NCBI GenBank assembly: GCA_037131125.1
Contig: JBAXRR010000003.1
Location: 3,682-67,681 of the forward strand
DNA: 64,000 bases
Direction: 5' to 3'
Source: a bacterium
GTDB lineage: Bacteria > Patescibacteriota > Dojkabacteria > GCA-016699595 > JBAXKR01
The notes beneath the pieces are model-generated. The model saw nothing but the letters and a program-made list of their open reading frames with translations. It had not been told where the DNA came from and did no database searches. Below are positions 62,084 to 64,000 of this stretch, one piece after another; within the stretch, counting starts at the first letter, position 1, and every line of letters starts with the position of its first letter. Made by a program: the position numbers and the translations under genes.

Positions 62084-62578
62084 ATGGACAAATTAAGAGA
62101 TGCAACCTTAATATTTCTTGTTAAAAAAACAGATGGAGTAATTTGTGAAGTCTGTTTAGCTATGAAAAAGAGAGGCTTTGGAAAAGGAAGATTTAATGGA
62201 GTTGGAGGTAAGGTTGAGGAAGGAAAAGAAACAATTGAGGAGTGTGCTATCCGAGAAACCAAAGAAGAGATCAATGTAACTGTAAGTAATCTTATTAAAG
62301 TTTCTGAACTTGAATTTAGATTTAAGAATAATCCTGCATGGGATCAGATGGTACATGTGTATCTAACTGAGAAATGGACTGGTGAACCAAAAGAAAGTGA
62401 AGAAGTAAGTCCTAAATGGTTTATGGTTAATGAAATTCCTTTTGAAACTAGTATGTGGCCAGATGACAAATTCTGGTTACCAGAAGTATTAAAAGGAAAC
62501 TTAATTAAAGCTTCTTTTGTGTTTGGAGATAATGATGTAATTTTATCTAAGGAAGTTAATAAGACAGATAATCTTTAA
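62084..62578 (+). CDS. NUDIX hydrolase, 8-oxo-dGTP diphosphatase (MTH1-like)
   Basis: KKRGFGKGRFNGVGGKVE, Nudix box AIRETKEE, MWPDDKFWLP. Confidence 0.9.
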   Translation: MDKLRDATLIFLVKKTDGVICEVCLAMKKRGFGKGRFNGVGGKVEEGKETIEECAIRETKEEINVTVSNLIKVSELEFRFKNNPAWDQMVHVYLTEKWTGEPKESEEVSPKWFMVNEIPFETSMWPDDKFWLPEVLKGNLIKASFVFGDNDVILSKEVNKTDNL

Positions 62579-62589
62579 TTGAATATATC

Positions 62590-63072
62590 ATGATGTTAGT
62601 CCCCTTCTTAGAAAAACAAACTAAAGATAAAGGATTAGGAGTATTTGCTAAGTCATTTATTCCCAAAGGAACTGTTGTCTGGAGGCTTACAAATCCAGTT
62701 AGAGTAAGTAAGGATGAATATTCGAAATTACCTAAAAATATTAAAAATCAGGCGTATCCTGAAGGAGATCACTTTGTATATTCGCTTTGTAGTGGTGAGG
62801 CATGGAATCATAGCTGTGATGCGAATACTTGGTGGACAAAGGATAATGAATTATCTGCAAGAAGAGATATTAAAGAAGATGAAGAAATAACATATGACTA
62901 CGCAACTACAGATATTGATCCAGATGTAACAAGAACTTGGCAATGTAAGTGTGGATCTATAAAATGTAGACACAATATTAATTGGAATGACATTCTATTA
63001 CCTGAATTATATGAGGAATATAAAGGACATTTGCCAAGCTTTGTAGAAAAGATGGTGAGAAAATATAACTAA
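62590..63072 (+). CDS. SET-domain protein with a post-SET motif
   Basis: KGLGVFA, NHSCDAN, EEITYDY, CKCGSIKCR. Confidence 0.9.
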   Translation: MMLVPFLEKQTKDKGLGVFAKSFIPKGTVVWRLTNPVRVSKDEYSKLPKNIKNQAYPEGDHFVYSLCSGEAWNHSCDANTWWTKDNELSARRDIKEDEEITYDYATTDIDPDVTRTWQCKCGSIKCRHNINWNDILLPELYEEYKGHLPSFVEKMVRKYN

Positions 63073-63166
63073 TCTCCATTTAATTTGTATTTAATATTCA
63101 TTCTGCTACAACCTTCCTGAAAGTGTTTCAGTATATATTCATAACTTATTTATTACCATCACTCAC

Positions 63167-64000
63167 ATGGATAAAGAAAACTCGGAAGTTCTATTTAATC
63201 AAAAGACCGTAAGAAAGTATTGGGATAAAGAGAATGAAAAGTGGTATTTCTCAGTGATTAATATAATTCAGGCTTTGACAGATCAATCTGATTATCAAGT
63301 AGCTAGAAACTACTGGAAGGTTTTGAAAAGCAATCTAGTTAAGGAAGGAAGTGAGGTGGTTACAAAACTTAACCAACTGAAAATGATAGCTTCTGATGGA
63401 AAGTCATATCTTACAGATTGTGGTGATGTAGAAACTATTTTACGGCTAATACAATCAGTTCCAAGTAGAAAAGCTGAACCAATTAAAGTATGGCTTGCCA
63501 AAGTTGGGTATGAAAGAATGCAAGAAATGAGAGATCCTGAGATTGCATTTAATAGAACGAGAGAATACTGGAAGAGAATGGGAAGAAGTGAAAAGTGGAT
63601 ACAACAAAGAATGTTTGGGCAGGAAGTTAGAAGCAATCTAACTGACTATTGGAGTAATCATGAAGTAAATGAAATAGATGAATTTGCATCTCTTACGAAT
63701 ATTATCCATAAAGAATGGACTGACTTAAGTATAAATGAACATAAAGATTTAAAAGGACTTAATAAAGAAAATTTAAGAGATCATATGAGCGATACAGAAT
63801 TAATATTTACATCTCTTGCTGAGTTATCAACAAAACAAATTGCAGAATCAAAGGGTGCAACTGGTTTTGAAGAAAATATAGATCCTGCAAAAAGTGGAGG
63901 TAAGATTGCTAGAAATGCAAGACTTGAGCTTGAATCTAAAACTGGTAAAAGTGTATTAACTAAATCTAATTTCTTACCAAAAGGTAAAACGGATAAGGAT
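63167..64000 (+). CDS. Bro-N domain / phage antirepressor-like protein (runs off the window end; not in the ORF track)
   Basis: WYFSVINII, ARNYWKVLK, LKMIASDGKSYLTD, RLIQSVPSRKAEP, ENLRDHM. Confidence 0.85.
   Translation, partial: MDKENSEVLFNQKTVRKYWDKENEKWYFSVINIIQALTDQSDYQVARNYWKVLKSNLVKEGSEVVTKLNQLKMIASDGKSYLTDCGDVETILRLIQSVPSRKAEPIKVWLAKVGYERMQEMRDPEIAFNRTREYWKRMGRSEKWIQQRMFGQEVRSNLTDYWSNHEVNEIDEFASLTNIIHKEWTDLSINEHKDLKGLNKENLRDHMSDTELIFTSLAELSTKQIAESKGATGFEENIDPAKSGGKIARNARLELESKTGKSVLTKSNFLPKGKTDKD

Overview
Low-GC, AT-rich chromosomal segment, most consistent with a Patescibacteria/CPR bacterium (inference from: a type IV pilus locus with no secretin in the window, no Shine-Dalgarno motifs, many leaderless-type promoters, an archaeal-type TyrRS). 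Housekeeping genes: ruvB end, a Xer-like tyrosine recombinase, gyrB/gyrA, holB, rpmF-nusB-rnc-rpsP-khpA, rsmD, uppP, recG, tyrS, tRNA-Tyr and tRNA-Ser. The main accessory feature is a type IV pilus locus (pilB-pilT-pilC, 7 tandem pilins, pilD, 3 minor pilins, pilMNO) plus a second, inverted cluster of 3 more pilin paralogues. Eight of these pilins alternate constant and hypervariable blocks, and several share identical DNA patches and duplicated promoter/terminator modules, suggesting a diversifying pilin repertoire. Other notable items: an archaeal-identity TyrRS/tRNA-Tyr pair (C1-G72, short variable arm); a leader-peptide attenuator-like element between that tRNA and tyrS; a structured leader and a candidate recombination site upstream of the recombinase; an unknown ~550-aa paralogue pair with an internally deleted third copy; and an accessory/defence stretch after tRNA-Ser. 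All calls come from reading motifs by eye; no database searches were run.
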